From Haliotis cracherodii (lineage: Eukaryota): a DNA stretch of 64,000 bases. The stretch covers positions 15,376,001-15,440,000 of the forward strand of contig NW_027266308.1 of the NCBI RefSeq assembly GCF_022045235.1. Reading direction: 5' to 3'. This document shows, in pieces, positions 25,997-40,440 of this stretch. The notes beneath the pieces are model-generated. The model ran no database searches, was not told the DNA's origin, and saw nothing but the letters and a program-made list of their open reading frames with translations. Made by a program: the position numbers and the translations under genes. The stretch's first letter is position 1; every line of letters begins with the position of its first letter.

Positions 25997-26179
25997 GGAC
26001 GTTTATTTCTGGTGTCAGTGTGTTATGCTGCTCCGAAGTACGACCCAAAGGCGCCAGTCGACGTAACGTGGTGTGGGTAAACGCCGGTGTCGCTCTGCTG
26101 CAGTTTCTCACGACGTTTTTGTTCCTGCTGGGCTGGATATGGAGCATAACATGGGGGGCAGCGTTCCTGACAATTGCAA
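25997..26179 (+). CDS. stum: stum/SPEC3-family membrane protein, paralogue A, internal coding exon (phase 1/1)
   Basis: Acceptor tttgtgttgcag|GG ACG and donor GCA A|gtaagg. Translates (G)TFISGVSVLCCSEVRPKGASRRNVVWVNAGVALLQFLTTFLFLLGWIWSITWGAAFLTIA, matching the STUM/SPEC3 pattern GT.VS...LC...N...AL.Q......GW.WSI.WG as recalled from the family. Confidence 0.92.
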
Positions 26180-27954
26180 GTAAGGAATCTATAGCATGTA
26201 GAGTCTTGCAAATGTTCATGTCATGGTACCTCCTAACAGTAGAATGCTTGGGTAATGAACGCTGTTTCGCTTACATGTCACATTAAACAGGGCATCCCTG
26301 TCCTTAATGCCACCTGATGCCATGTTACACCATGGACACTCTGCAGGGGTTTCGGGGAAGGATAGGTCCCAGTAATCCTGAAGATCGTGTAGTTACAATG
26401 TATGTCTTCTAGCCCGATGGCGTCGGAATAATGGTGCTTTTTGTGTGACGTTATATAACATTCTCTGACAGTGCAGTAATATTGACTGAATCTTGAATCT
26501 TCTAAAGTATCTAAAAAATATGTAAAAAATATTTACGTTGAAAAGATTGAATGAGATACCCGTGATTATTGGAAGGAATGGAGTTGGTGAGTGAGGACTT
26601 ATATCACTCAGGGAACATAGTCCGTGTTGGCAGAGTATAATCTTAAAACAATTGACGAAGAAGGGTATTGTTGAGTGAGCATGTCGTTCCCAGACACCCA
26701 TCATGTCCCGGGATGTCAATAGCAGCGTTATTAGAATTTTAGAAAACAAACGGACTGTAACTCTGTCCCAGAGGCGATGGTCATGGCGTCGTAATAAAGC
26801 TGTTTGTCTGAGATGACACACATGGCTATTGAACAGTTTACCCATGTTAATAAAATGTGTCCCACGTTGTCATCCTTGGTTAGACTTGGTCCCAGCAACC
26901 TCTTCTTGTCGTATCAGGCAGCCACGTGGATCAGGTGGTCAGGCACTTAAAGGCGTGTCATCGTGCCCCGACGGAGTGGATCGGTGCTCAAGATATCAGT
27001 CACTGGATTGTTTGATCAAGGTTCGATTGTGTACAGAATGTTTCTGAGTGTGGAGTTAATCAGCAACAAACAAACATATGTCATTGATTAATTTTATCGC
27101 TTTGCAAACGTATAAAGTGTAAATGTCTAATGTTTTCATGGTCTTGGTGTTGAAAGACCTCAACATTCTCACAAACGCCTCCAGTGCAATCTGTAGTCAT
27201 GACTTCCAACTGATGTGTGTTTCTCTGAAGGCATACCCCATTAGTGGATAACACCATGTTCCCTGCTGGTATAGCGTCAGCCTGGTCATTGACACCAGCA
27301 GTGGTCTTGGACGGGCGCCTACATTCGGTACACTCATATGACGTTACCTATGACGTCATAAACGGACCCCTCTCGTGTTACCATGCTGGTTTAGAGTCCG
27401 ATGAAATGTGCACAAAGAAACAAAGTAACTAATAACGGAAGTTCAGATAATTAAAACAGGCGAAATGGCTAGCTATATGAACTAATTAACGTTAAAAGGA
27501 TACTTATTGCGGATGTGTTTTCCCTTACTAATATTTAATCGGTTTCTATGCTTAACCCAGTTTCGATAATATATAACCACGGGTTTAGCTATAAAATAAT
27601 TGACTTGGCATTACAGGATGTGTGGATCAGAGATTAGCTTCTCCACAATGGATCTTTTAATGTGAACGAAATTGTCAGCTACAAGGTGAATCCTGACACA
27701 TGGGAATGTGTATTTGATAAGAATACAGTTCTCTCAGAGAAAAAATGTTTCTGTTTCCTGACAGTTGAACCTACTTTGAAAACGTCCATTAAGCTGTCTT
27801 GCCTAGCATTGATTGCTGATCGACATGCTGAAATGACAGCCTCTTTGTTGATTTCAAGTCCGATACAGTCCTGCGCATAAGCTGCCCTAAGCTGCCTTCT
27901 GAAGTAATTACCAACGTCGGGCAGCTTGTGCTGAGTGAACGTAATTAACGTAGG

Positions 27955-30335
27955 ATGCAGCATATTTCAGCCAATTCCCCAAGTAGAGTACAGTACAATC
28001 TGTGTGTTCGAGATGTGTTGTGATGCAGCATTCAGTCAATTCCCCAAGTAGAGTACGGTACAATCTGTGTGTTTGAGATATGTTGTGATGCAGCATTCAG
28101 TCAATTCCCCAAGTATAGTACAGTACAATCTGTGTGTTCGAGGTGTGTTGTGATGCAACATTCAGTCAATTCCCCAAGTAAAGTACGGTACAATCTGTGT
28201 GTTCGAGGTGTGTTGTGATGCAACATTCAGTCAATTCCCCAAGTAGAGAACAGTACAATCTGTGTGTTTGAGATATGTTGTGATGCAGCATTCAGTCAAT
28301 TCACCAAGTATAGAACAGTACAATCTGTGTGTCCGAGGGGTGTTGTGATGCAACATTCAGTCAATTCCCCAAGTGGAGTACAGTACAATCTGTGTGTTCG
28401 AGATGTGTTGTGATGCAGCATTCAGTCAATTCCCCAAGTATAGTACGGTACAATCTTTGTGTTTGAGATATGTTGTGATGCAGCATTCAGTCAATTCCCC
28501 AAGTATAGTACAGTACAATCTGTGTGTTCGAGGTGTGTTGTGATGCAACATTCAGTCAATTCCCCAAGTAAAGTACGGTACAATCTGTGTGTTCGAGGTG
28601 TGTTGTGATGCAACATTCAGTCAATTCCCCAAGTAGAGAACAGTACAATCTGTGTGTTTGAGATATGTTGTGATGCAGCATTCAGTCAATTCACCAAGTA
28701 TAGAACAGTACAATCTGTGTGTTCGAGGGGTGTTGTGATGCAGCATTCAGTCAATTCCCCAAGTAGAGTACAGTACAATCTGTGTGTTCGAGGGGTGTTG
28801 TGATGCAACATTCAGTCAATTCCCCAAGTATAGTACAGTACAATCTGTGTGTTCGAGATATGTTGTGATGCAGCATTCAGTCAATTCCCCAAGTAGAGTT
28901 CAGTACAATCTGTGTGTTCGAGATATGTTGTGATGCAGCAGTCAGTCAATTCCCCAAGTAGAGTACGGTACAATCTGTGTGTTCGAGGGGTGTTGTGATG
29001 CAGCATTCAGTCAATTCCCCAAGTAGAGTACAGTACAATCTGTGTGTTCGAGGTGTGTTGTGATGCAACATTCAGTCAATTCCCCAAGTATAGAACAGTA
29101 CAATCTGTGTGTTCGAGGTGTGTTGTGATGCAACATTCAGTCAATTTCCCAAGTATAGTACAGTACAATCTGTGTGTTCGAGGGGGGTTGTGATGCAACA
29201 TTCAGTCAATTCCCCAAGTAGAGTTCAGTACAATCTGTGTGTTCGAGATATGTTGTGATGCAGCATTCAGTCAATTCCCCAAGTAGAGTACAGTACAATC
29301 TGTGTGTCCGAGGGGTGTTGTGATGCAACATTCAGTCAATTCCCCAAGTAGAGTACAGTACAATCTGTGTGTTCGAGATGTGGTGTGATGCAGCATTCAG
29401 TCAATTCCCCAAGTATAGAACAGTACAATCTGTGTGTTCGAGGGGTGTTGTAATGCAACATTCAGTCAATTCCCCAAGTATAGTACGGTACAATCTGTGT
29501 GTTCGAGGGGTGTTGTGATGCAGCATTCAGTCAATTCCCCAAGTAGAGAACAGTACAATCTGTGTGTTCGAGATGTGGTGTGATGCAGCATTCAATCAAT
29601 TCGCCAAGTAGAGTACAGTACAATCTGTGTTCGAGATATGTTGTGATGCAGCATTCAGTCAATTCCCCAAGTAGAGTACAGTACAATCTGTGTGTTCGAG
29701 ATGTGGTGTGATGCAACATTCAGTCAATTTCCCAAGTATAGTACAGTACAATCTGTGTGTTCGAGGGGGGTTGTGATGCAACATTCAGTCAATTCCCCAA
29801 GTAGAGTTCAGTACAATCTGTGTGTTCGAGATATGTTGTGATGCAGCATTCAGTCAATTCCCCAAGTAGAGTACAGTACAATCTGTGTGTCCGAGGGGTG
29901 TTGTGATGCAACATTCAGTCAATTCCCCAAGTAGAGTACAGTACAATCTGTGTGTTCGAGATGTGGTGTGATGCAGCATTCAGTCAATTCCCCAAGTATA
30001 GAACAGTACAATCTGTGTGTTCGAGGGGTGTTGTAATGCAACATTCAGTCAATTCCCCAAGTATAGTACGGTACAATCTGTGTGTTTGAGGGGTGTTGTG
30101 ATGCAGCATTCAGTCAATTCCCCAAGTAGAGAACAGTACAATCTGTGTGTTCGAGATGTGGTGTGATGCAGCATTCAATCAATTCGCCAAGTAGAGTACA
30201 GTACAATCTGTGTTCGAGATATGTTGTGATGCAGCATTCAGTCAATTCCCCAAGTAGAGTACAGTACAATCTGTGTGTTCGAGATGTGGTGTGATGCAGC
30301 ATTCAGTCAGTTCCCCAAGTAGAGTACGGTATAGT
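27955..30335. repeat. 65-bp satellite, ~36 copies, within stum-A intron
   Basis: Unit gatgcagcattcagtcaattccccaagtagagtacagtacaatctgtgtgttcgagatgtgttgt. Confidence 0.97.
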
Positions 30336-33300
30336 CTGTCTCGCCTAGACGCGATTGTCATGGAGTCATTGTGAAGCAGTTTGTCGGGTATTGTACCTGT
30401 TGCTAGGGTAGTTTGACCTTGTTCAGGTCTGTTGTAAAATAGGTTTTGCATAACTTTGTTTGGTCAAGGATTTTACGATATGTATGTATGTAACACGGAT
30501 ATAGACTGGTTATATACATACTATCTAACGGTTAATTATGACTGGCTTTAAGTTTTATTAACTATGCATTTGTTCTTTTGTTTGAACCAATTTTTATGGA
30601 GTTTAACAAATGGCTAAGTTTAAAATCTAATTTCTAGAGTTTGTGATAATGTTTTGGAAATGATGTATATCGCTATGTTTTGGAGTCGACCAAAAAGCTT
30701 TCCAAAACAATGAATATAGTATTGTATGATGCATGCACTATTAAGCCATGGTGCCTATATACATATGACATCCCAAACACCCCACTGTGATGATCGTATG
30801 AGGCGAATACACTGGATCGGATGGTCGGACATTTGTGATGGCTTGTCATCGTGTGACCTGATGGCGTGTGTCATATCTTCTGTCCTCAGTCACCGGTCTC
30901 TCTGTCACAGCAGGCAGACGTCAACTATAACTGGAATATTGCCTTTTTAGGTGAAACACAATTGTTACTCACTCACACACATGCAAGTTATTTTCAGTGT
31001 ATGTTGTAGGGGATATGCTAAGCCTGTATAGAGACATATGAATAAACGATTTTTAGAATATTTGATTATCTCACATTCCCTGATAAATAGACATTTAAAC
31101 ATATTATTTTATTTATTATTCAGTTTGAATGTATCGGATTTATTTTCGAAAATGAATAATTCGGTGATCATGATAGTGTAGTTATTAAAAAGACTGCACA
31201 TCTCCATACCTTTCAGTAGCGACACAGAGATTAAATAGAATGAGTGCATATTATTTTATTCTGCATTAACAATTTTGCAGATTTTCATGACGAGAAACCA
31301 TTGAGAGGGATAGGCTGTAACTATTTTGCACTCACACTCCAATGGGTTTATTTGTTAACCGAAACTTTATGTAGATTAATATATCAGTCAATAAGCACCA
31401 TAGTGGCACTCAGACAATGACTCAGTTTCACACCTGGCGCTAATTACAAGAGGCAAACAGTACGCTTAGCATAGTCTCCCTACAAGAAGCACCTGTGAAA
31501 TTTATCACTGTTTGCAATATTGCTCCCATGAGGGTCATATATCATATATCAAACAGCCATATCTTGTCTTAACGTTATTTGTCTGGACAACCAGAAATAG
31601 AATCTTTCAAGAAATGTTTTAGTTAATGCAGAATCAAACTTCAACCAAACTTAGTATTGAATATGGAGTTTCAATGAGCTTGAAGTGTTCTTCAGTGATA
31701 TCATTTTAGGTGGTTAGATGAAACGGAGTTCAATGTCGCGTTCAATCTTGCATTCACGTTTGTGTGTTTGTGTGCGTGATGTAAACCCATCGAATTATAG
31801 AAATTGACAAGTAATTCAGTTTGTATGATTTGTGTACGTTTGGCATTGTTGTATTGCAAGAAATATGATAGAACATACACCAGTGGCATATACATTAGAG
31901 GCACCTATAGTTCATAATTATTGTAATCAGTTAGATTCTACATATATGATTAATTCATTTTTATTGAATACAATTTACTAAACAGATTAATGCATTATTC
32001 TATTTAACTAATATGCACAATAAAGTACACTCATTCATCAGTGTTAATTCAACAGCAACGCAATATCATGTAAATTAATTTCTGATAAAGAAATATAACT
32101 ATACTTAACTAAACCAAATTAATCTAAATTAAACTAAACTTAACAAAACTGAGCTGAGCTGAGCTGAACTTGACTAAACTAAACTAACCTAACATGAAAA
32201 AAACAAGCCGGCATATGCATTTCTCCACTATATAGGCCTTTACGTAAATCAATATTTACAGATTTGTCAATCACTTGTGACAGCAGAGGAAGTCAAAGTC
32301 TATACACCAAACAACAGTTCGTGAGGTCTTGGCTGTGTACTGTACACTGTAGACCAGGTCTGTAGAATCACATCTGAGGTGCGTCCTCTATCCAACGTTG
32401 GTGGAACGTCACTGATAAATCCTCACTGGGGGCTCCATTTGTAACCGGGGGTGTTCATGAATAACACAGGTCGTTATTTGTCGTGAGAATTTATTATCAG
32501 AACAAACGCCCTGAAACATATTAAACTCAAAGATAGATATACACGTAAATATATATGTATGTTAATATACACAAACATAGATATATAAGAGCACATCACA
32601 TTATATTCATTCACATCGTCACACCGACGACATCATAGGAATAGATAGAACTCTTGCTTTCAACAAATACATTAAAGGATGTGTTATAACTTACAATAAC
32701 TATATATACATTTGTATCCCTATACATGTGTAATAATATGATAAATACAATTAATTAATTTCATTAATACACAAGAAAATACAAGCATACCCTGTAGGTG
32801 AAACTGGGGCGGGAACTGCGTTCACCAACGCAAATGACAGGACTTATAATGCCTGCATCTAAATACAAAGACAAATATACTCACTAAGGTAAAACGGGTT
32901 ACCTTAGAAAACATGAATTATGTGTTACACATACAAATGAATGCTTTACATTATACATAAATAAAAATCGCAGAAGCAAACACATACATCATAAATACAT
33001 ACCCACTCGCTCATTCATTCTCAAATGAAACATTTAGGAAAGGTGAAGATATACAGTGCTAACCTAGTTAAAACATGGCTGCAATTATATGACTACATGT
33101 AATGACCTACCTAAATATGTATTAAGACTGTGTAACACTACAGCTGATTACACAAAAAGATGCAAGTACATTATAACAATATGTATAGAAACATCACTAA
33201 CCTATATGGACGGTCTCATATGAAAATACTACACAGAGCAGATATTTGTTGTCCGCATGGCAAGGTGTAGAGGCTGGTGTGCTGGTTAAATGCTGGGTGT

Positions 33301-33596
33301 TAGTATTTGAAACAAGGCCAATCAGGCGCAAGCTGTACTAAACAAAGGACCGACCCAAGGTTTGGATAACGTTTGTATTAGGGTGTCATCTAATTTTCAT
33401 GTGTGTATTTTCTTTTGTCCAGTATATAATTTGTAATAGGTTTTGTCGAATATTGTATAATTAAGCCATTCCACTGATTTATGAGTGCTAATTCAATTTA
33501 TGTTAACACAAGACCATTTACGAATAAAGTATGAAAAACAATACATTGATTGATTGATTGATTGCATTGAAATTAACATTTATTTTTATTTTTCAG

Positions 33597-34060
33597 AAGA
33601 ATATGGTAAATCAAAAGAAGTGCAACACACACATACAATAAAAATATCTCCCAAGCACGAAAGAAACTATCAAGAAGCATCCACAAGCCGCGACACCCTA
33701 ACACCCAGTAGCAATGGAACCGTAAAACATGGAGACGATATGTATTTAAGCCCAAGTGCAGCCAGCCATCCGCAGCCAATGATTACACTTCAACAACCCC
33801 CTCTCTTGAACCATTCCGTGGAGAAAATCTCCCCCTCGCGACCTTTAATGAACGCCCGAACAAGGCATCAAAAAATTCTTCAAAGGCAGATGTCTGAAAA
33901 TCAGTTGTCTCCTTTTACGTTGACCAATGAAAAACTGGAGGCTATTGTCATACACGACATTGTCCCAAGGCCCACACGTGCTGCTGCTGTACAAAGGACA
34001 GAGACAGTTGAAAGTGTGGAATCCATCTCGGATTCAGAAGATCCAGCTGGAAAGTCGTGA
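33597..34060 (+). CDS. stum: stum paralogue A, terminal coding exon (~154 aa hydrophilic C-terminal tail)
   Basis: Strong acceptor tttatttttatttttcag|AA GAA TAT. Phase 1 joins the upstream exon (A|AA = Lys). Open frame KEYGKSKEVQH...DSEDPAGKS to TGA 34058-34060. AATAAA at 34861. Confidence 0.78.
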
Positions 34061-35017
34061 CGAGGAATACGCAGGTGGAACAGAGACACTCTCCATTGTG
34101 GTACCTCTCTGCTCACGATTTTTTATACATAGTTATACATGGCCTTTCACTCACAACATTACCAGAGAGTTTTGGTCTGTTTTTTTCAGATATTGTTTTA
34201 TTTTGAAATATGCCTATGTTTGTACGATGATATATATTTTTTCGTTAAAGGAATAGATCCAGATGGGGAATGTTAGGGACAAGCTGAAGTCATTTATAGT
34301 AAGATGTTTGGGTTCGCTGATCAAAGTACCCACAGAACTAATAAACGGTAAGAACACGAAACAAGTTGGAACATTTGCATTTATGACCAAGGTGGCTGTG
34401 TTCTTTATTAAAAATGACAAATATATTTAATAATTTCACTAACAAAATAAGAAATATGCAATGCGTTGAGAAGAAAGTATTAATCGACCATTGGAATTGC
34501 TTGAACTAAATATTGTGTTCACATCTTTGGCTTGGTCAATATTGAAGTAACTATTTCTTTGACTAACACGCTTCTTATGAGCCAACTGTACCTTGACCTT
34601 CGCTCTCTGTCGGTAGTAAATGACATTCTCACCTCTTTCGCGATGATGTCACTGTAACTTACAATAATTTGTTAATGTTCGTAATATAATTCGTCGCTTC
34701 CATTTTATTTGGATTCTGTGTCCCAGGACAGAGATGCGACTGTGAATATTCTTATAATCTCTGATTAATGTTTATGGCACGTATTAAACGAGGACCTCGG
34801 ACCCCCGGTGTATATAAATGTGAACAGTGCTTCTACCTACCCCTGTATGGTAATGGTACAAATAAAACCATCTGAACATGTCATATTTGCAGATAAATCT
34901 TATACTCACGTGATAAAAATAATATTATGACGATATTTTTATCAATGTATCACTTGTATGTTATCAGAATGCCATCATCATTCATTCACCTTGTCATGAC
35001 AGGTTTTGGGTATGTAA

Positions 35018-35393
35018 ACTGCTGGGCAAAAGAAAATATCTGGATTTGGCCTCAAATACAAACGTTATCAAAACGTCCCGAAACTCTGCAAACGTAAGGT
35101 CAAAAACACATATATGATATCCGTGTCAAATACATCAACATTGAATAACCATTTCTTGTTTGTTTGTTTCTTGTTCAAACATGGGTGTATACTTACTTTT
35201 GCCCGGGGCGGTAGGGTAGCCTAGTGATTAAAGCGTTCGCTCGTCACGCCGAAGACCCGGATTCGATTCCCGACATGGGTACAATGTGTGAAGCCCATTT
35301 CTGGTGTCCCCCGCCGTGATATTGCTGGAATATTGCTAAAAGTGGCGTCAAACCATACTCACTGACACTGACACTTACTTTTGCTCGGCAGTT
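35018..35393. mobile_element. MITE-like element with ~16-bp TIRs, interrupted by a SINE
   Basis: aactgctgggcaaaag ... cttttgctcggcagtt (2 mismatches). Internal sequence recurs at ~57415-57575. Confidence 0.6.
35207..35372 (+). mobile_element. tRNA-derived SINE (family A), full length, with 16-bp TSD
   Basis: A box TAGCCTAGTGA, B box GATTCGATTCC, tail ..ggcgtcaaaccatactcact. Flanked by acttacttttgc(c/t)cgg at 35191-35206 and 35373-35388. Confidence 0.88.
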
Positions 35394-38179
35394 TGTGAAA
35401 ACTAATGTTTTCTACATAGGTATGATAACAACGCTAGTGTCCCTTTATAGCATAATGTTATTAACTAACACCGTTAGTATATAGTAAACATGATAGTTCA
35501 TGACATTAACATACTAAGCAGATATTCACATAACTCTGTATTAATATAACTAATATATAAATGTGTAAACTTTTGAATTCTAAACACATGTATCAAAACT
35601 ACATTGCGCTTACTATAGGTATGGGATCAAAGCATTTTGTGACCACTATGTGACCATTACAGATGTAAAACATATTATAATTCTTGTAGACTGAGAAAAC
35701 GACATATATATGTGTGAATTTGATCAAAGCATATTATTCCGACTTCATATTTTAATACATCTGCAGTGGAAGATATCAACTGATTACAATCTGTCATCAA
35801 GGGAGAAGGATGCAGTTGAGATCAGTTTACCATGATCTTTCATGAACTACGTCAGTATTTAAGTACATGTTATCAGTTGTTATAACAGTGGTGTGTCAAG
35901 CAGCACACACCATCCTGGATGGTATAATGTCATGTTCTCAAATGTTATTAGGCGCCATTGGATGTTTCAATGTAACCGTGTACTTCAACCATGTTTTTCA
36001 TCAGTGTATCCTCAGTCGGCCCTCGGCGCAGCATAATTATATGTCACATATGTTCCTGTCTTTGGTATGGAATTTATGTGTGTTATACGTTTGTTGTGAG
36101 CTTTATCATAACACCGTCAATTATTGTAGTCAAGTCAGAATGGGTAGTGCATAAGAGTTATCTCCCTTAGTTGCCTTCCTTCCGTCATATATTTGCATAA
36201 TTATCGCTATCATCGCATATATGAAGAAAGCTTTTGTTTGGGATGAGAACTTGTCCAATGACCATAATATTGATCAATTTCTGGTATTCCTTACGATGAA
36301 ATACGGTTGTTTTCTCTGTAAACAAAAACATGTTTGGAATTGTATCTAAAGCGCGTTTTCGTGTCATTTACGCAAATGTATTGTATTGCCGTTAATGTTT
36401 ATGTATGTGGGCCACAAACGCTTCCAAAATAAAGTGCGCAATAAGTCGCTTAATTAGCTACCTATAAACGAAGCTTTCTTTGGGGCAAGTGCACCATGTA
36501 TTGATGTATTACGGTAACTAGTGGTGTGTGATAGAACTTACTGATTCAAAGTACACACGACTGAGTCATCAGTTTTCCCATACGATAACGGTTTGCCTCC
36601 CAATGTTAGACCACCGTGAAACACTTGGACGTAGAAAATACCTGATAACAACGTCATTGCAAATCTCAATTGTAAGTTGAACATTGCAATTTAACCAGGA
36701 AAACTGGTACAAGGTCACAGTGGGATCCAAAGACATAAAAGCTTTCTATCTTTATCATTAAGAGAGGAAAACTCGGAAGATCAACATCCCTCATCTATTC
36801 CTGCTTTCAAAATCTTCTTGAAGGACAATGACAAATCAAAAGGTCCAACTCTCTCTCGTAATTCGGCTTTTCTAATCAAATTGTAAAAGATGAATAGCTC
36901 AAACCATCGTTTACATGATTATATGTTTAACTAATGAGGGCAACACTATTTTAAGAATGTATTTTGTAGAGTCTAAATATTATAACATAACGAAAGCTGT
37001 AGTAAATATCGAGGTTTGAAGCCTATCATTCTGAAATATGAAATGCTCGGCATGAAGACTATTGGAAAGTTGAAGTCGTCCCTCTCGTCATTCAGTCTTA
37101 TTGATATTTTTTGGCACTCTAAATCTAAATACACAGATATCAATATGAAACAAATGAGGCGGTGTCTCTGGTTTCTTTTATTTCTCGCTCAATGGAAGGG
37201 AATTGACTAGTTCACCATTATTGAATATAACAGGTCTTCGATATACCTAAAGTTAAACTTCTCGGCGAAATTACCTTGTTTTGAATTTGCAATTCCGAGA
37301 AGAAATATAATTTATTTGCATAAAGAAACAGACTGCACAATTGGTGTCCATGCTCGAAGCTGTATTACAAGTGTGAATGTAAGCATGGAGCTTATCATGT
37401 TCCAAAGAAGAATACAACGGCTGAAATACGACTGCGGTTTTGAGATCTAGTCCATTCCATCTAATCACTATGGAAAGCAGAACTGCCAAACGATGCACTG
37501 ACCCATTTCAAACAAAACTCTATCTGTGTTTTACATTAATATATGTCAAGGATACGAAGTCGATTGTTATACGTGTTTTTATACTGACATATTTCAGAAG
37601 GTGTGTACAGTAATGTACGTAAGATGGGATGTTCTGTAGATTGTATTTGTTTATTTTCTATTCATAACAGAATATTTGTTGTTACAAAAGAGTTGTATTG
37701 CCAGACAATATATTGGTAGTGTAACGTCCCATTTTAAAACATGCAGCCATGTTGCTGATAAAGAAATACATGCCTAGTCAGTACATTTTACATTAATTGC
37801 GAACAGACCGAGAAACAACTGTGATGTGTTGATCGCGGTAGGATTCCGTCAAGATTACGATTGGTCGCGTTCAAGGACGAGTATTTACGGTAAATCTGGG
37901 ATTCGAACAAAACGATCGTAGGGCTCTGTGATGCCTAAGGGACGCAATTCTCTACAGCAAACGTCGTCTTTGACGACCGTGTCTCTCTCGGCCCTAAGAG
38001 AACGAACACCCGTATTCGTTGGTGTTGGCATATCATTCCATGGGATTGGCAGTAGTAGCTTAATGTTTAATATATGGCACACGTTATGTCCATCGGTTGT
38101 GCCAGGATCCAATGATAGTTGGTTTGATTATGACCGTTGGGACAAAAGTGTCGACCTTATGTGCCCCATTTAGAGTGAG

Positions 38180-38422
38180 TGAGTGAGCGTTGTTTAACGC
38201 AGAAGTCAGCAATGTACCAGCTCCAACACGACGGTCTGTGAATAATATTGTCTGTGCCACTCGAACCGATGACTGAAGCATGAGTAACGAGCAACACTTT
38301 AGGGGTAAGATTAAACTTAATCAGCCAAGTCACGGTGCCTGATGACCCAATCCTCATTCGTCGGCTCTGGCGACAAGCAAGGGTGAATGGGGATCAGTTC
38401 TGACCGGGAAACCCCACGGGGG
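38180..38422 (-). mobile_element. Retroposon family B copy (diverged)
   Basis: Collinear with family B from the cccgt start to the ttaaacaac/ctcactcact tail. Confidence 0.7.
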
Positions 38423-40194
38423 ATTCCATTTAAGTCTTACCTGAATATTTGAAAGGACTCGATCATATTTTTAATATCCTTCATTGAAAATGTCAACAGC
38501 GAGAACGCCTTCATGAACTTACACATACCTCCAAGGGACAGACGTATTTTTCAGAACTGTCATACGTGTTTGGGATACTATTTGTGGCAGAATGAAAAAG
38601 ACGCGGATTATAATTCTATTAGAAACACGTTGATCGATAACATGTATTTATATTATATTTTGATAGGACTGTCATTTTCGCCACTGGTATTGACGTCATT
38701 CAAACGTGACACAGGTGTATGTATTTATCCATTTATCCAATATGTTCATAAATCCATATTTTCAATATACATTCCCATCAACTGTGAAGTAAATACTATG
38801 TGACAGAAAGTATGACATGTATGTTGATACTGTTAGATATCTGTCTGCATCCTCATTGTTTGGGGGGGGGGGGGGGGGGGGGATGAACTGTCACATCTGT
38901 AGGAACTGGAGCAACAATTTTAACTTTATAAAAAATAAAATAAAAAATGACACCAGTAATAGATACAAATGAATGTAACATTGAAGCATTATAATCCCGT
39001 TATCAAGCGATCCCTATCAAGTGTGTTCGGTGCACTGTATCTCGTGTCATCCACGGGGAAATCTATTGCTAATGAAATCTACATGTTTTGAAAATAAACC
39101 TTTCCCATGTTCTATAAAAGACGTGTGTTTTGTTCTTTGGGCTAAACATACCACCAACACCAAAGAGTGGTACTGGCCTAGTAGAAGTATAATGACGCTC
39201 TCAGCAGTAATTACAGTTGTATGGCGGCGTGTAGCCTTCATAAAGGAGGACAGCCGGAAAATAGGCAGGTCTTACTCTTTGGTGAATCCCACGAGCAGGG
39301 GTACATGCAGCAGAAAAACCAAAGCTCATAACCAGGGTGAATATAGGATTCGAACCTTCGATCATGTTATGCTGAGATGCCTGTAGGATGCAACTCGAAT
39401 ACCACCGGACAACCAACAGGGCAACAATGCCCTGTCTTGTCTTGAAGCACCATGTCTGTGTTCATGGATTTTATCAAGATATTAAACGTGTACAACCTTA
39501 TTGCTATGGTGCGGACAAACAAAGGATCATAATCAGGGCTGATAGTGGATTCGAACCCACGGGATGCTGACACTCTTAACGGACGCAACTCCCCTCGGCG
39601 AAGAGCCGACCGTGTCCCCTGAGTTCATTAGGTAACATGAATATTAATTAAATGAGTTCAACATCCACGTGCCAGGCTATCCGAAGGTGATTCATCACAA
39701 TGTGGTATTTATAAATAATCATTAAAACTACATGTTGCTGGCAAACGGAGGTTGCGAACATCAGACTCATTCGGCTGACCTCTGTTCCACAGGTCATAAT
39801 TTAACCAACTCTGAGAGGAATCCATATTGGAACGGATATTCCACTAGTTTCACTAGTTCACGTAACGCGTGGTTTACTTCGTCAATTAAGCGAGATAAAA
39901 CTCACTCACTCAATCTGTAAGTACTTGTCCATATTTCCATGACATTCACAATCGCATCACTGTTAGAATATTGGTTTAACATGTTAATAAACATTAAAAC
40001 AAACAAAATTGTAAGGAATTTAAACAACTAAATACGCCGTGCCATAAGATGATGCTTGTAAATAGAGAAAAATCTGGTACACCATTGCTTCGCTCACAAC
40101 AGCGTCATAGGGAGACCACCTTAACGAAAAATAACTCCCAAATATTTCTCCTCATTCACAAAGATTACACTGCACACATATTTCAATTATTATA

Positions 40195-40440
40195 AAGAAA
40201 ATACCTTCTTAGGGGCAACGTTTCAGTTTAGGTTCTATCACCGTCATCAAACAAGTGATGCAGATGTACAGAGTATGGCAGATAAGCATACATACAGGTA
40301 TGAGGTGGTTCTGATACAGTTGAGTAGATGGACATGTAGTAACAGTGGAGTGGCGCAGCCTGTGATGTACGGCTGGTATAAGCTTAAGGTAGACAGGCGG
40401 AGCCAGTGGTAGTTAACAGAGTTCGGCAATGAAGCCACTT
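40195..40440 (-). mobile_element. Penelope-like terminal (pLTR) remnant
   Basis: Minus strand TTGATGAcGGTGAtagaacctaaaCTGAAACGTTGC, the same architecture as the 11.7-kb and 1.1-kb remnants. Confidence 0.5.

Noticed and set aside
32440-33300. Possible solo LTR starting tgtaaccggggg
   Set aside because: No second LTR, TSD or coding remnant could be identified.
35207-35280. Possible tRNA genes here and at 19495 and 59100
   Set aside because: A/B boxes are followed by SINE bodies, tails and TSDs, with no intact cloverleaf.
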